Origin: Stegostoma tigrinum
Lineage: Eukaryota
Direction of reading: 5' to 3'
Assembly: GCF_030684315.1 (NCBI RefSeq)
Contig: NC_081378.1
Location: forward strand, 43,830,191-43,894,190
Length of the DNA stretch: 64,000 bases
The notes beneath the pieces are model-generated. The model searched no databases, was not told where the DNA came from, and saw only the letters and a list, made by a program, of their open reading frames with translations. Position numbers and translations under genes: made by a program. Numbering within the stretch: position 1 is the stretch's first letter; each line of letters starts with the position of its first letter. This document shows, one piece after another, positions 52,385 through 64,000 of the stretch.

Positions 52385-52457
52385 ACTTCCCCATGTCCCA
52401 GACCCCACCCCACACACCTAAGTTACACATAGTCTGCCATTACACACTCCCTGTTAG

Positions 52458-53024
52458 AACATAGAACATAGAACAATACAGCGCAGAACAGGCCCTTCGG
52501 CCCTCGATGTTGCGCCGGCCAGTGAACTAATCCAAGCCCCTTCCCCTACACTATCCCATCATTATCCATATGCTTATCCAAGGACCGTTTAAATGCCCCT
52601 AATGTGGCTGAGTTAACTACATTGGCAGGCAGGGCGTTCCATGCCCTTACCACTCTCTGAGTAAAGAACCTGCCTCTGACATCTGTCTTAAATGTATCAC
52701 CCCTCAATTTGTAGCTGTGCCCCCTTGTACAAGCTGAAGTCATCATCCTAGGAAAAAGACTCTCACTGCCCACCCTATCTAATCTTCTGATCATCTTGTA
52801 TGTCTCTAATAAATCCTCTCTTAGCCTCCTTCTCTCCAATGAGAACAGACCCTTGTCACTCAGCCTTTCTTCATAGGACCTGCGCTCCAGACCAGGCAAC
52901 ATCCTGGAAAATCTCCTCTGCACCTTTTCCAATGCTTCCACATCCTTCCTGTAATGGGGCGACCAGAACTGCACGCAATATTCCAAGTGAGGCCGCACTA
53001 GCGTTTTGAACAGTTGCAGCATGA
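52458..53024 (-). mobile_element. Young CR1 3' fragment nested in the PLE
   Basis: Uninterrupted 158-aa ORF2 C-terminus (52546-53022); (agaacat)n tail; TSD ctgttag (52451-52457) / ctgtaag (53025-53031). Confidence 0.95.
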
Positions 53025-53202
53025 CTGTAAGTCACTAACAGTCCCCTCTAACAACTATTTACCCTCCCAGCCTGATTGTTAGCAACTCCTTTGTCTGTCC
53101 AACTGTCTTTCTCTCTCTTTGGGCTCTATCCTATCATTTATTCCCTACCCCACCCATTTCCCTATTTTCTGCATATAAACTGACATTTTACCAGCAACTG
53201 TC

Positions 53203-53240
53203 AGTTCTGAGGAAGGGTCACTGGACTCGAAACGTTAACT
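53203..53240 (+). ncRNA. Minimal hammerhead ribozyme (family B)
   Basis: agtt-CTGAGGA-a-GGGTC-actg-GACTC-GAAAC-GTT-aact: 4-bp stem I, 5-bp stem II, palindromic AACGTT. Confidence 0.8.
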
Positions 53241-53727
53241 CTGTTTTTTCCTTCACAGATGTTGCCAGACCTGCTGAGCTTTTCCAGCAAATTTGTGTTT
53301 GTTTCTACAAGTTTAGCTAGTTGTTAAACAGGCAGCGACTGTGGGTCTCCAGAAAGGAAGGTGATACCTTTGACTCTGCAGTAAAAAAACACACAAAGCC
53401 CGACGGAAGCCAATATATGTTCCCTCAGCAGTTGGTGTAATCTGGTGCTTTAAACTAATAATTCAGAAACTCTATAAGTTGCGAACCAGTTAGTCTGTGC
53501 CTCCTGCGAGCAAGTGGAAATACCCAGAGAAGTAAAAGAGATCACTGAGCAGCAAGTCCTGGCAAGCCAAAGGATCATTTCAGTGAACCGTGTGACAAAG
53601 GACCACTGGAATGCCTTCCCAGGCTCTCCCCTTACCCATAACGCTTTTTTTTACTGTGAGTCTGTCTGCATTTGTGAGCAGGGTGAGTTCTGCAAGGGCG
53701 TTAGGGTTTTGACCAACAGAGTTATAT

Positions 53728-54285
53728 GATTTGATTTGATTTATTGTAATCACATGTGCCTAATTACAGTGAAAAGCTTTGTTTTGCAAGCAGTGCAGGC
53801 AGATCATAGTTAGCAAGGACATACAAGTCAGCAGGTCTGACAGCATCTGTGAAGAGAAAGTAGAGTTAATGTTTCGGGTCTGGTGATCCTTCCTCAGAGC
53901 TGTTCTGGACAACTGCATCCAATAGCAAGATCAATGTTATTTGAGGTTAGAGAGTCCATTCAACAACCCAGTATAGGCAGGGAAGAAGCTGCTCTTGGAC
54001 CTGTTGGCGCATGTGTTCAGACTTCTGTATCTTCTGCTTGATGGAAAAGGTTGTTGGAGAGCATGGCCGGGGGATGAGATGGGTCTTTGATGATGATGGC
54101 AGCCTTTCAGTTGTAAGGAGATGCGTAAATGGAGTTTATGGATGGGAGATTGGTTTCTGTGATGGCCCAGGCTGTGCCCACAACCTTCTGCAGTTTCCTC
54201 TAGTCCTGAGCAGAGCAGTTGCCATATCAGGGCATTATGCACCCAGAAAGTGTGATTTCTATGGTGCATCTGTAAAATTGTTTAC
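53728..54285 (-). mobile_element. Rex1/Babar-clade LINE 3' fragment with nested PLE-B terminus (~53828-53905)
   Basis: FYRCTIE...YGNCSAQD...PGHALQQPFPSSRRYRSL...KSSFFPA...LLN across frameshifts; (tgatt)n tail followed by tttatt. Confidence 0.82.
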
Positions 54286-55169
54286 ATGTAGCTAGAATCT
54301 ATTTTTAATATATTGTGCTTCTACTTGAACTTAGTCAATGCTTTCTCTCAAACTGGGTGTAAAAAGATAGGCAAATTAGGGAATTTTGCATACTTTTATG
54401 AAACCTGTCATTTTTGTGATGAATCCTGGAATAGCAGGTGTTGGTTTCCGGTGAGACATAATCACATCCAATATCCGTTTTCAAGCTGCAGCTAATAAAG
54501 CTTGAACAGTAAAACTCATCGTCTGGAATATAGAGCTCACAGTCAGGCCTTGCAATGTCTTTTGGGGTATAAGACTCCTCGATGACAGGTTTTGTTGCAG
54601 GGAAAACTTAAATCTGAAGACCATTACACAAAAAGAAACTCCCACTACTGATATCGAAAAATAACAGGGAAAGTCTGACAGACCATCAAAATTGTTTGCT
54701 AAAATAGATTGCCTCCTATGAGCACCAACAGCCTACCTCTTGTGAGAAGTCATGATTATAAGCTTAAGTTTTTGCTACAGAAAACCGTAAAATGGAATAA
54801 CATCCAGCAGGATTAAGAGGAAAGATGCTATCTCTTTAGAATTAGTTGTTTTTTAATTCCACTTTTCCTCACCCTGTATGTTGGTCTTTATGTTTCATGC
54901 TAAGTATGTACTTGTATGATATGGTATTTGAGATGAGCTTTATCTTTCAATGATCTTTATATCTATTACGGAGGAAATTTGCAATTAAACAAACTTCTTA
55001 ATGTTGACTGCCTCAGGAAATCTGTCCGGCTTGTTTCTCAATTGCTTTAACATATCATCAAGTACATATTGAGCTGGAAGGAAACACTTGCCCTAAAAAA
55101 TTTAAATTCTGTTATGCCAACATGAGCAGTGGAAAGAGATGGGTTTACTCATCCCTCTGGACTTGGTTA

Positions 55170-55935
55170 TAGAGTCATGGAGTCATAGAGCTGTACAGCA
55201 TGGAAACAGACCCTTTAATCCAACTTGTCCATGCCAACCAGATATCCTAAACTAATCTAGTCCCATTTGCCAGCTTTTGGTCTGTACCCCTCTAAACCCT
55301 CCCTATTCGTATACACATCCAGATGCATCTAGATGTTGCAATTGTTCCAACTTCCATCACTTCCTCTGCAGTTCATTTCACACACACATTACCATTTGCA
55401 TGAAAGAATTGCCCTTTAGGTTCCTTTTAAATCTTTCCCCTCTCACCTAGAGCCTCTGCCCTCTAGTTTTGGGCTCCCCCATCCCGGGAAAAGACTTTGA
55501 CTATTCACTCCATCCATGCTCCTTGTGATTTTATAAACTGATGTAAGGTCACACCGCAGCCTCTGATATTCCAAGGAAAATAGCCTCAAATTATTCAGCC
55601 TCTCCCTATAGCTTAAACCTTCTAACTCTGGCAATATCTTTGTAAATCTTTTCCGAACACTTACAAATTTCATCACAATTTTTCCTATATCAGGAAGCCT
55701 AGAATTGAATGCAGTTTTCCAAAAGTGGCCTTACCAATGTTCTGTACAGCTGCAATATGACATCCTAACTCCTATATTCAATGCACTGGCCAATAAAGGC
55801 AAGGGTACAAAATGCCTTCTTCACTACCTGATTATCCGTGACTCTACCTTCAAAAAACTATCAACATGCACCCCAATGTTTGGCAACACTCCCCAGGAAC
55901 CTACCATTAAGAGTTTAAGCCTTGCCTGTTTTGTT
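55170..55935 (-). mobile_element. CR1 3' fragment
   Basis: KRFTKILPELEGLSYRERLNNLRLFSLEYQRLR; agagtcat repeat tail. Confidence 0.9.
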
Positions 55936-57084
55936 TTATCAAGCAGATTGTACCACTGTAGAATGACAGATTAAATGATACGTAAAACTCTATTACATAT
56001 GATGTGCGTGTATGTTCCATTTCAATTTACAATACACAACCTACACATCTCTTGTATATTGCTTGTACTCCTGTGACTTCTACAATGGTCAACATGAAAG
56101 GAACAAATAATATAACTGCTTTTACAGCAGAATGCTCTCATGTAAATAACCATTCACAAATAATTAATGGATCACATGACCCAACATCGCAATATGTAAA
56201 AGCAGGTCATATGTGCCAGTTGTGCCACTGTCGAAATGGATTGGGTTGCTCTGTCAATGGATCCAATTAGACTATTGAAGACACGAATATTCAGGCTAAA
56301 GTGTGTCTCTTCCTGTTTTTTGACCCTTTGCACTTAATAATGATAAAACTTGAGGATTTGAACATCTAACATTTTTCATAAAGCATACTAGCACCGTAAG
56401 TAGCTACCTTGACATCAAACAATGAAATCAAATTTTTAACAAATTGGGTCAGTTTACTCATCACCAATGAAACTTATTACTGCAGCTTAGGAATATTAAT
56501 CTTTTAGCTCTGTCGGGTGTGTCAGAGTAACAAGGGTCCTTGACAATGCTCTGCTTTAAGACATATTCACTTGTGAGTTAATGCCATGAGAAAATAAAAC
56601 TATGTCCTTTACATCAGTATGTCTCAAACCAATTGTTAGCAGCTACAGGTACATACCCATTCATAGAATCATATAAGAGGGCCATTCAGCCTATCATGCA
56701 AATAGTTGTTCCAAGACATAAAACTGAATCTGAACAACCATGCTTTTGTTGATGCTAGTCCAAGAAGAGGTATTCCTGTAAATAAGTCAAATTATTGAAA
56801 TCTTGTATAGTGAAACTAACAAGGTAGTTAGGCCAAGAAAAACACAGGCTAGATCTCCACCTGGCATCGTAAAATTATTATAGTTCTATAGTCCTGGGCT
56901 AAACTGCCTGCTTTTCTGATAACCGTCAGAAGAGATAAGCTGGGTGCTGTTTTAGTGATGGTTCTTTCCAGAAGGAAAATACAATAAAATTGTATTTTTA
57001 CATTTGGCCAATCTTTAAAATTTGAAAAAAATGAAAGTCCAGTGCAATTGTTCATTCATTTCCAAGTATTAGTCCTTTTTTTAC

Positions 57085-57206
57085 AATAGGCATTGGACAC
57101 AAAATGCTAACTCTGATTTCTCTCCACAGATGTTGCCAGGCCTGCTGAGATTTTCCAGCAGTTTCTAGTTTTGTTTCTGATTTACAGCATCTGCAGTTTT
57201 TTTTAA
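57085..57206 (+). mobile_element. PLE family B terminus
   Basis: ctccacagatgttgccaggcctgctgag...cagcatctgcag; TSD attagtccttttt at 57068-57080 and 57207-57219. Confidence 0.82.
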
Positions 57207-58104
57207 ATTAGTCCTTTTTACCTGTTATTCCATCTGAGTCGTACTGATTTGTAGTTCAGAATAACACTTTTGATGATCTGTTGTTGAGTCTAAGCCTGTC
57301 ATAGCCTTATCTTGTCTATTTATGTTGATAGATGACCAAGATGCATTCTGTCTGTCAGAATAGATTAGGAATGAAGCAGAATTAATGGAGTGGCAACATT
57401 CAAAATAGTCTCCAAATTCTCCCTTTTTGTATGTCATTACTTACGACTCCAGCTCAAAACCCAGAAGTTTAATGAATGTAATAATGCCTAATTTAGACTA
57501 TAAATATCACAAACGTTGCAATGCATTCGCTTTGTAATTGTTTGGATTAGAATTTTATCAAAGTTATTAGAGTCAAGAGTTAACATCCCGACATTGTCAG
57601 ATTGTAGCTGGCTTTTTCACAAATAGCATTCCTTTCATTAATCAAGTTAATTGTAGTTCAAAGCAAAAATCAACTCTAACATTATAATCTTTCCAAAATC
57701 AGTCTAAATATTGCAATACTTTCTTTAAAAAACAAAACACATCTACATCATGAATATTTTATACATCTGTAGCAAATAAATGCACTGAAAGCAGTAGTAT
57801 TTGATACAATTTCGGTTTATAATGAAGGCATCTGTTTGCATTATTTCCAAGAATCTGCTCAGATCCTGCAGATTGCTAGGTCATATATAACTAATTATCA
57901 TCAACGGATGAAGGAGTACATTGCATGTTAAAGCTTTGTGACTGATAGATGAATCTCACAAGATCCTTTACATCAAACACCCACAGTTCAGAGATAGCAT
58001 TTGAAGTAATTAAAAAATGGTTCAAAAAATTTGAATTCACGCAATTGTATGCAGACAAGTGCCACAAATGGAGATTCTTTTAAAGCAGTAACTGTACTTT
58101 TGTA

Positions 58105-58620
58105 CTTATTCACTCATAGATATTGTATCACTGGCAAGGACTGCAATTATTGCCATCCTAATTGCCCTGACACAGATTAGCTTGCTAGACCATTTCAGAG
58201 GGCAGTTAAGAGCCAACCATATTGTCATAGGTCTCAAGCCACATGTAGACCAGAACGGGTGGGTACAGCTGATTTCCTTCCTTAAAGGGCTTTAGTGAAC
58301 TAGATGAGTCCAGAACTAGGGGGCCTTGTTTAAAGATTAGGGGTGACCATTTGAGACAGAGATGCAGAGGCTTTTTGTTTTGTCCCAGAACATTATGCAT
58401 CTTTACTACTCTTTGCCTCAGAAGGCAGTGGATATTGCATCATTGCAATTTTATTAAGGTGGAGGTATATAAATTCTTGTTGGGTGAGGGAAATCTAAGG
58501 ATATCGGGTGGGAGGGATGTAGGTGAGAATGTTGAATTCAAAACACAAGCAGATCAACCATGATCTTACTGACTAATAGAACAGGTAGGAGGGGCCGAAT
58601 AGCAAATTCTACTCTAAATT
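58105..58620. mobile_element. L2-tail SINE 3' part (-, 58105-58300) abutting an old CR1 3' fragment (+, 58305-58620)
   Basis: gagggcagttaagagccaaccatattg...; agaactagggggccttgtttaaagattagggg. Confidence 0.7.
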
Positions 58621-58934
58621 TGCTTGTAAGCAGATCCTCAGATCCACACTCTAAGAGGAGCCAGTCCAGTGCTTCTGAAACTTTTTCCCATTTTGATGTT
58701 TGAAAATGGTTGCAACCCCTCAGAGAGAATTGTGGGAGCAAGTGCCCATTCGACCGTGAGCACACTGTTGTAGCTTGATCTGAACTCCACGGCAACTATT
58801 ACTACTTTAGATCATGCAACATCATAGTTTTTGCTTGTTACTTCCATTTGGCACCCACTATGGAAAGCTCTGGCCAAGCAAATTGTTGGGCAATAAATGC
58901 TGGTATCCCACGAAAGAATATATTTAAAAATTGT

Positions 58935-59091
58935 TACAGAGGTAGTAGGAACTGCTGATGCTGGAGAATCTGAGATAACACGGTGTGAAGCTGGATGAAC
59001 ACAGCAGGCCAAGCAGCATCAGAGGAGCGTCAAACTTTCCTGCTCCTCTGATGCTGCTTGGCCTGCTGTGTTCATCCAGCTTCACACTCTG
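58935..59091. mobile_element. Short palindromic PLE family A insertion
   Basis: Arms gtgtgaagctggatgaacacagcaggccaagcagcatcagaggagc and its complement; 12-bp TSD tttaaaaattgt at 58923-58934 and 59092-59103. Confidence 0.9.
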
Positions 59092-60315
59092 TTTAAAAAT
59101 TGTATCTTTTGCTAATTTGGAATTCTATTGCATAATGCCTTCTGTGTCTCTGTTTGAAATTGCATATCTCTTATTGTTCAGTTCTGTGAGAAACAAATAT
59201 AGGAATCAGATTGAAGCATTTTCCTGTTGGTTTGTTTTTGCAAGTCCAGAATTTATCAGTTGCATGACATCTAACCAAAATGAAAGGCAACAACAACAAT
59301 GCAAAGTTCTGAGTGACATTTCACTAGTTCTAGTAATTCTCTTCCAAAGTTGTTTGAATCTTATTTTTTGCATTTCAAGGCCTATTTAATTTTTCTCTCT
59401 CAAAATAATGAGGAGAGCCTCAGTTACGTAAGCAGCAGATGAAGCACTTCATATCATTTATCGGAGAAAAATATCGCAAATGGACCCAGTAATTTAATCC
59501 AAATGAAACTACAAAGTTATTTCCTGGAACTCCAAACAAATGTACATTCTAATAATTATCAGGGAAGCATGTCAAATTTGATTGAATTTACTAGCTTATC
59601 TCAACCGTACATTCAAATGAAAATCGGGAACTAGTTATTTAAATAGCAATACAAATATCACTGGTAACATTTGACTTTTCTTCACACACCACACAGACAT
59701 TGGAAGGTAAAAGCATTAACTGTTGCTGTGGTATCATTTTAGCAGTGCATTCTATTCAACTGCTAGGACACAGTATAGCACAAGTGTCTGTTTTAGAGTC
59801 TGTTTCATCACTTGTAAGCATCATGCGTGAGGAATTTGTTTTAGGAATAGTGAACCTATCTATTTGTGTCAGTAACTGAACCTTAGGATGTACAAAAATT
59901 TACTTTGAACAGAAATTTCATCACTGAATAATTAAAGGTTTCCAATTTAAATCATTTTCCAGTAGCCTTGTCATTAACTACATAAGTTATTTACAATTCC
60001 AACTCTCAGGCTTTTATAAGTTTCTGTACATATGACTGTCATCTAAGAATTTTTTTTTCAAAAGATTGCTTTTGTTGCTTATTTGAATGATTTTAATTTG
60101 CTCAGTTTTGTGGGCATTTCTCTTTTTGAAACCCTAAGTTTCTATTCTAGTTGTCCTGGTCAATATGTGTCATAAAGATACATATTTTCTGGTCAGTGAT
60201 CTCATTTCTCACAGACTGTGATTTAATATGTCTTATTGTGTCAAATGCTACTTTTAGTGTGATACACGTCTAAATGCTGCCCTGACTTTTAGTTCACAAC
60301 GTATACCAACAAAAT

Positions 60316-60540
60316 AGATATAACACAGGTTGGAGCTGGAGGAACACAACAGACCAAGCAGCATCAGAGGAGCAGGCAAGTTAACGTTTTGGGTCGGGAC
60401 CCTCCTTCAGAAATTTCTGAAGGAGGGTTCTGACCTGAAATGTCAATTTTCCTGCTCTTCTGATGACCCCTGGCCTACTGTCTTCCTCCAACTCCATGCT
60501 GCGTTATCTCTGACTCTAGCATCTGTAGTTCTTACTTACT
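60316..60540. mobile_element. Older palindromic PLE (family A-related)
   Basis: Centre ccttcagaaatttctgaagg; diverged arms with degenerate hammerheads on both strands; extension on the right arm. Confidence 0.85.
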
Positions 60541-61745
60541 GAGTGAGATATAATGACATAATTGAGTTTTTGTTGAGACAAATGTCTTGTAGTTTATTAT
60601 GGTCTATTAATAAGTTTACATTGCTGTATTATCACAGACTTATACATAGTCTGGACTCTGTTCCTGCCAATTTGCTGTACATTACATCTACATAACTGAC
60701 TGGCTGACTCAACACACCACCCTGACTCCATTACTCTGAGACTAAGTCTAATATCATATAGCAGTCTTAAAGGGAAACTGCCTGTCTGATCTGGAATTGA
60801 TGCAATAACACAATGTAATTAGTATGTTTTGTGTGTAAGCAGTATATGTTTTATCATTGTGATTATCTCAATGAAAGGCTCCTCAGCAGCACCTTTTTTG
60901 TGATTTTAAAATAAAGAGATGTTTATTTATTATTGCATGCTTATTCCAGATGTTTAAAATACAGTAACTCAAATACATGAACACACACACAGATGTTAGA
61001 TATAGATAAAGATAAAACAACACAATTATAAGGTGTGATGGTCTTAGTCTTTCTTAGTTTTTGGCAGGCCTGTAATTTCTCAGATGGGTTGCGCCTTTTA
61101 GTTTGAGTGGAGGTCTTGTAAAGCATAAGATAGCCAACAATCTTACAGAAGTCCTCACAGGCAAATTCCCAGGAGACTGTGAAGTTGAAGTTGGAACAGT
61201 CTTTCACCTACTTCCAGTACATTATTATTTAACATCCTGGCTGCTGAGTTCACTTGTGGTTCGGTTCAATGACTGATTGATGGAACTCTGTCTGCAAACT
61301 GCTTTTTCCTAAAATTCAAAAACAAACAGAAAATGTAGCCATCTCATCCTTTCTCCTTCTCCACCTCAAGGTCCATTTTCTAATAAGGTGGATGGTTAAT
61401 CTTGTGTTGTGGCATTTACATTTAGCGAATTGAAGACAGTCAGGGATATCAGGGATTTTGTTTGTGTATGCCCCACTCAATTTGACGCTACCATTTTGAG
61501 TTAGTTTCAGGATAAAACCTGAATATTAGCGTGTTATCCCAGGAAGTGTAAGATTGCATACAGTTCTTTCTCTTTGGTGAGTGGTTATTAAAAGAAGGGT
61601 ATTATTACATGAGCGCGTATGAGGGTATTTAAGTTTAACACTTCCTGTTTAATGGGATAATATTGGCTTCTTCTAGGTTTCTCCTCTGGATTTTTTTACC
61701 TTTTGTGCTTCACAACAGTTGTGTGGATAGGTTGATGTGTGCTAA

Positions 61746-62130
61746 GTGTGGCTCAGTGGTAGCACATAAACCTGTCAAGGAATTGTAGGTCATGTCCCAT
61801 TTCAGACAGCTGAAGCCATAACCTAGACTAACATGCATTGCTGTGGAAGCACTGCGATATCTCAGACTCCTTCTTTTGGATAAAGGATTACAATGAGGAC
61901 CTGTCTACCTTCTCAGGCGAGCATAAAAGATCCCTAGGAAGGAGCAGAGAAGTTTCCCTTCAGTTATCATCAATACATCCTTCCACCAACTTCAAAACAA
62001 ATTGGGTCTTTCTACCCCACCAGTTGTAAAGTCTTGCTGTATGTAAGGTAGCTGCTGCAAAATACTTTATTGGTAAAATGTTTTGGGACATTGTAAAATT
62101 ATAAAAATGGCACACAATTGCAAGTTCTCC
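61746..62130 (+). mobile_element. SacSINE1-like DeuSINE
   Basis: gtgtggctcagtggtagcac head; ctgtctaccttctcaggcgagcataaaagatccc Deu domain. Confidence 0.78.
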
Positions 62131-62939
62131 TTTTATTTCTTTTATCTTGGTAACATTTTAGAAGAATTTGTTTCAAGTTTAACTCCCAAATTTCTTAAGC
62201 ATCAAAGAAAATAGCAATACTAAAATATTTTGGGGGACACAAACAGTTTGTACCTTCCATGTTAAGCCATATTTTAGCTAATTTTTGTCTACAGCTTGTC
62301 TTTAATCCCACCAGCTATGGATAGGTATGAATCCATCCTGCCAACACTTTCAGGAGATGTCAAATAAATTCACTTCAAGGAGCTAAAACTGTCCCTTCTC
62401 TCAATAAAGAAGGCTAGTTGGATATTCAGGTTTTAGGAAAAATAGATAAGGAAAGCAAAAATCATAAACTGTGAAGTATCCACAGCTGCTATTATGTACA
62501 GCTTGGCAGAGAGTGGTGGAGTAAACCCTGAACATAGATGTTAAGAAAGGTGTGAAACATTACCTCAGGAAAGCATATGGTGGGAATAATGATTTTAAAC
62601 AAATGCAATATACCTTCCCTGTGGAGTGTGAGATCTGTTAACCTCTGAATTGATTTTCTTTTCCCATCTATAAAGAATGTAAATGGAAAGGGGCACACTC
62701 CATAGTAGTAATCTCAGCCAACTTCACTAAACTTTGGTTCTATCCAGAATACAGCAACTGCTTGATGAATTAGGGTTAGATCTCCAAGTGCCAAACCTTC
62801 CATCAGAGAAATGAGTCTGTGTCACATCTGAAAATCCTATTGTCAATCACACAATCAAAATGCGATACTACACCTTGATAATGAAATCTTAAACTCTCCC
62901 ATGTAATTAAAATGTCATTTTCATGGTCAAAACCAAACA

Positions 62940-63285
62940 TTACAGATAATAAACCAAGACATGGAATTCTTCCTATTTATAATCCCAGATAATGTTCTAG
63001 GGACTTGGATTTGAATTCAGCAGTGGCAGAAGGTGGAATTTGAATTCAATAAATATCTAGAATTAATGATGACCATAAACCCATTGTCGATTGTTGGAAA
63101 AACCCATCTGGTTCACTAATGTCATTGGGGGAGGAAACTGCCATCCTTACCTGGTCTGGCCTACATGTGACTCCAGACCCACAGTGATGTGGTTGACTCT
63201 CAACTGTTGTCTCGGAAATTAGGGATGGGCAATAAATGCTAGCCTAGCCAGCAATACCCTCATCCCATGAACGAATAAACAAAAT
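62940..63285 (+). mobile_element. tRNA-derived SINE with L2-like tail
   Basis: cccatctggttcactaatgtc...ggcctacatgtgactccagacccacag...gggatgggcaataaatgct...catgaacgaataaac. Confidence 0.88.
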
Positions 63286-64000
63286 TCGCTTCCTTGCAAA
63301 TAAACAACCCATGAAGAGAGTCGAACAACAGCTTGTATTTTGTACAAGCCATAGTAAACCACTTGTGAACCGTTTCTAGTTTTATTGGTTATGCAATCCC
63401 AGTCTCTGTTGATTATCTTTCTGTGCATTTGGATGTCTATCTGATGCATATTATTGAGTTGACCTCAAATTTTAACATGTACTGTAGACCTCTGTGACTG
63501 TGCAACTTTATGTGCGTATGTGTCCCAGAATTGTTGGAGATGAGATATACAATCCATGCCAGCTCCCCATCGAGATCCCAATGTCCAGAAAGTCTGAACG
63601 TCTGACAGGCATTTCTGTGAGATTCTCTGAATTAGAACTGGAGAATTCTGACAGTTCAGATTGACTTACCTGAATCCTCAGAAGATGGTGGAAACATCTT
63701 AGATAATTCCTGAATAATTATACAGCCAACTACTCCGAATCTACCCAACATGACAACTTCTTTCTGGCTCCTGTCTGCTTCTCTACCTGACTGGACACAA
63801 CCATCCATCTCACCCATCTCATCCACCTGCCATCCTCCTCAGCTGTACCTACTTACTTCACCCATCCTACCTACTTGTGCACCTCCACATCCACCCTTTC
63901 ACTCGCCTGCACTCATTCATGAACGCACAGGAAAGATCTTGAAATCTGCCAAAGCTTTTCAGTGTTCCTGAACGCTGAACAGAGTACAGGGCTTTTCATG

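Larger units (their letters stand above)
51849..53306 (+). mobile_element. PLE family B: inverted pseudo-LTR, GIY-YIG C-terminus, 3' pseudo-LTR
   Basis: Inverted arms ~51885-52155 / ~53030-53305; TSD acaagattagcta (51836-51848) / acaagtttagcta (53307-53319). Confidence 0.92.

Noticed and set aside
57222-57347. Minus-strand exon-like segment ending cag|gtaaaa
   Set aside because: Stops in all three frames, and the donor overlaps a PLE target-site duplication.
220-60540. Recurring palindromic repeats as a CRISPR-like or prokaryotic system
   Set aside because: Copies are dispersed with individual TSDs, there is no repeat-spacer array or cas gene, and the context is vertebrate.
63670-63709. 40-nt minus-strand cassette cag|...cag|gtaagt (ELSKMFPPSSEDS)
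   Set aside because: Weak polypyrimidine tract, no partner exons and no recognisable peptide.

Overview
Eukaryotic, AT-rich, repeat-dense non-coding DNA, almost certainly from a cartilaginous fish (shark): it carries HE1-type SINEs, SacSINE1-like DeuSINEs and CR1 LINEs with an esterase ORF1. No intact host gene is recognisable and the long ORFs are transposon relics. Contents: a 3.5 kb 5'-truncated CR1 LINE (19781-23326) and many CR1 3' fragments; three or more SINE families; a Rex1/Babar fragment; probable solo LTRs; a dense set of PIF/Harbinger relics (HARBI1-like transposases and intron-containing Myb/SANT partner genes); two local inverted duplications; and about 13 Penelope-like element (PLE) insertions of at least two families. 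The most notable signal is that the PLE termini carry minimal hammerhead ribozymes (CUGANGA-stem II-GAAACGUH) and often sit as short palindromes with target-site duplications (TSDs), including a perfect 97-bp-arm hairpin with one hammerhead on each strand (220-447). Family names come from recognising motifs by eye, not from database searches. Boundaries without a TSD are approximate.
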